A stretch of 64,000 nucleotides of DNA from a virus. The stretch lies in the IMG/VR virus record IMGVR_UViG_3300008448_000002, positions 64,001 to 128,000 of that record; one strand, 5' to 3'. Shown in pieces: positions 63,130 through 64,000 of the stretch. Under the pieces are notes generated by a model. That model did not search any database and was not told the DNA's origin. It worked only from the letters and a program-made list of their open reading frames with translations. A program made the position numbers and the translations under genes. Every line of letters starts with the position of its first letter. Within the stretch, counting starts at the first letter, position 1.

Positions 63130-63895
63130 TATCTCTTGGATTAGATGCCTTTAAATCTTTTTTGAATGGCTTAAAATTATCAACATAAGTAATGAGATAA
63201 TCACTGCTATCTACGAGTAATTCTGCTTTCCAAGTCAAATCTGATGTTACAGTCTTATTTTTTTGTTGTCTAAGAATCATGATATTCCAGTTCAATCTTC
63301 TTAAATCATATCCTTTAACAATAATTTCTCCTCTGCTATACGGAATCTTAATTCTACATTCTTTAGTATCATTGTCAAATGTCGTCTTAATTAATCTACG
63401 ATTAATTTGTAAATGACGTTTTGTTTCAATCGTTTGAGTTTGTAAAAGTTGTACAGGAAACTTGTAATCTATATTGTTTTTTGAATCCACAATAACATTA
63501 CTTGCCTGACCTTTATAATGATTACTAATGTCCTTGAACATATTTGCCTTAACCTCATTATGTATAACAGCTTTTGTTGTTACAATATTAAGTAAATCAA
63601 TATATTTTGTTTTAATTTCCTCAACATATTTTTCATTGGCAATCAGATATTCTTTACTGCCATCATTTAATGTTTTTACAGTGCCGCCATCTTTAATTAA
63701 AAAGTAAAGAATTGTGATAATAGATTGTTTCATGTCTGCCAAATCTTTAGGAGAACTTCTAAAAAAATCATTATAGTATTGTACAATACTATTATAAAAC
63801 TTTAATTCTTCCTTCATGAATGAATTAAAAATTTTGGCATCTCTATCAGTAACTAATACGTTAAATGAATGTAATTTATCGTTGCGAATAATCAT
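63113..63895 (-). CDS. Conserved hypothetical jumbo-phage protein
   Basis: 260 aa; F.KEEL.FYN, Q.LQT.T..TKRHLQI, IKIPY; TTGACA promoter near 63960. Confidence 0.65.
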   Translation of the reverse strand: MIIRNDKLHSFNVLVTDRDAKIFNSFMKEELKFYNSIVQYYNDFFRSSPKDLADMKQSIITILYFLIKDGGTVKTLNDGSKEYLIANEKYVEEIKTKYIDLLNIVTTKAVIHNEVKANMFKDISNHYKGQASNVIVDSKNNIDYKFPVQLLQTQTIETKRHLQINRRLIKTTFDNDTKECRIKIPYSRGEIIVKGYDLRRLNWNIMILRQQKNKTVTSDLTWKAELLVDSSDYLITYVDNFKPFKKDLKASNPRDIAVTF

Positions 63896-64000
63896 GGGTA
63901 TTGGTTTCCAATTTTGGGTTATTATTTTATTACCATATATGATTACGGATATTTTGTCAATTATTATTTCACTAAATAGAATTAAAGGGGTATTTAATTA

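Noticed and set aside
1-64000. Stop-codon reassignment (code 15 or 4), as in some jumbo phages
   Set aside because: Long core genes are intact under the standard code, TAG and TGA act as normal stops, and no suppressor tRNA was found.

Overview
This is a 64-kb segment of an AT-rich (roughly 30% GC by eye) T4-like jumbo myovirus with the gene complement I associate with RaK2/Atu_ph07/XacN1-type phages. Family placement is from memory of motifs, not a database search. The host is Gram-negative, judged from the holin and the i-/o-spanin pair. It uses the standard genetic code. Contents: head module (portal, prohead core, protease, scaffold, major capsid), neck gp13/14/15-like genes, a 1080-aa tail sheath, baseplate genes including an S8-protease-fused wedge protein, two long tail fibre/spike genes, replication and nucleotide genes (clamp loader, DNA ligase, dNMP kinase, MazG, DnaE-like fragment), ClpA, GroES, PhoH, RNA ligase, an ADP-ribosyltransferase-like gene, an AroE-like gene and 8 tRNAs. 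Main discovery candidate (12411-13148): four tandem mini-ORFs, three missed by the ORF track, that resemble the terminase-docking clip segment of the phage's own portal. The best one is 19/37 identical to portal residues 281-317, with synonymous codon divergence. They lie directly behind an orphan Panacea/SocA antitoxin, which suggests a portal-decoy anti-defence or packaging-interference system. Immediately after is a 1.4-kb non-coding region with a dual promoter, a + strand structured RNA, a G10 tract, an AT-rich stretch and oppositely oriented GNA/GNNA hairpins, which looks like an R-loop-primed origin and/or a large ncRNA. Also notable: homologous promoter-leader-ORF-terminator cassettes, proteins with capsid-targeting-like N-termini, and tRNAs with non-canonical T-loops or position 37.
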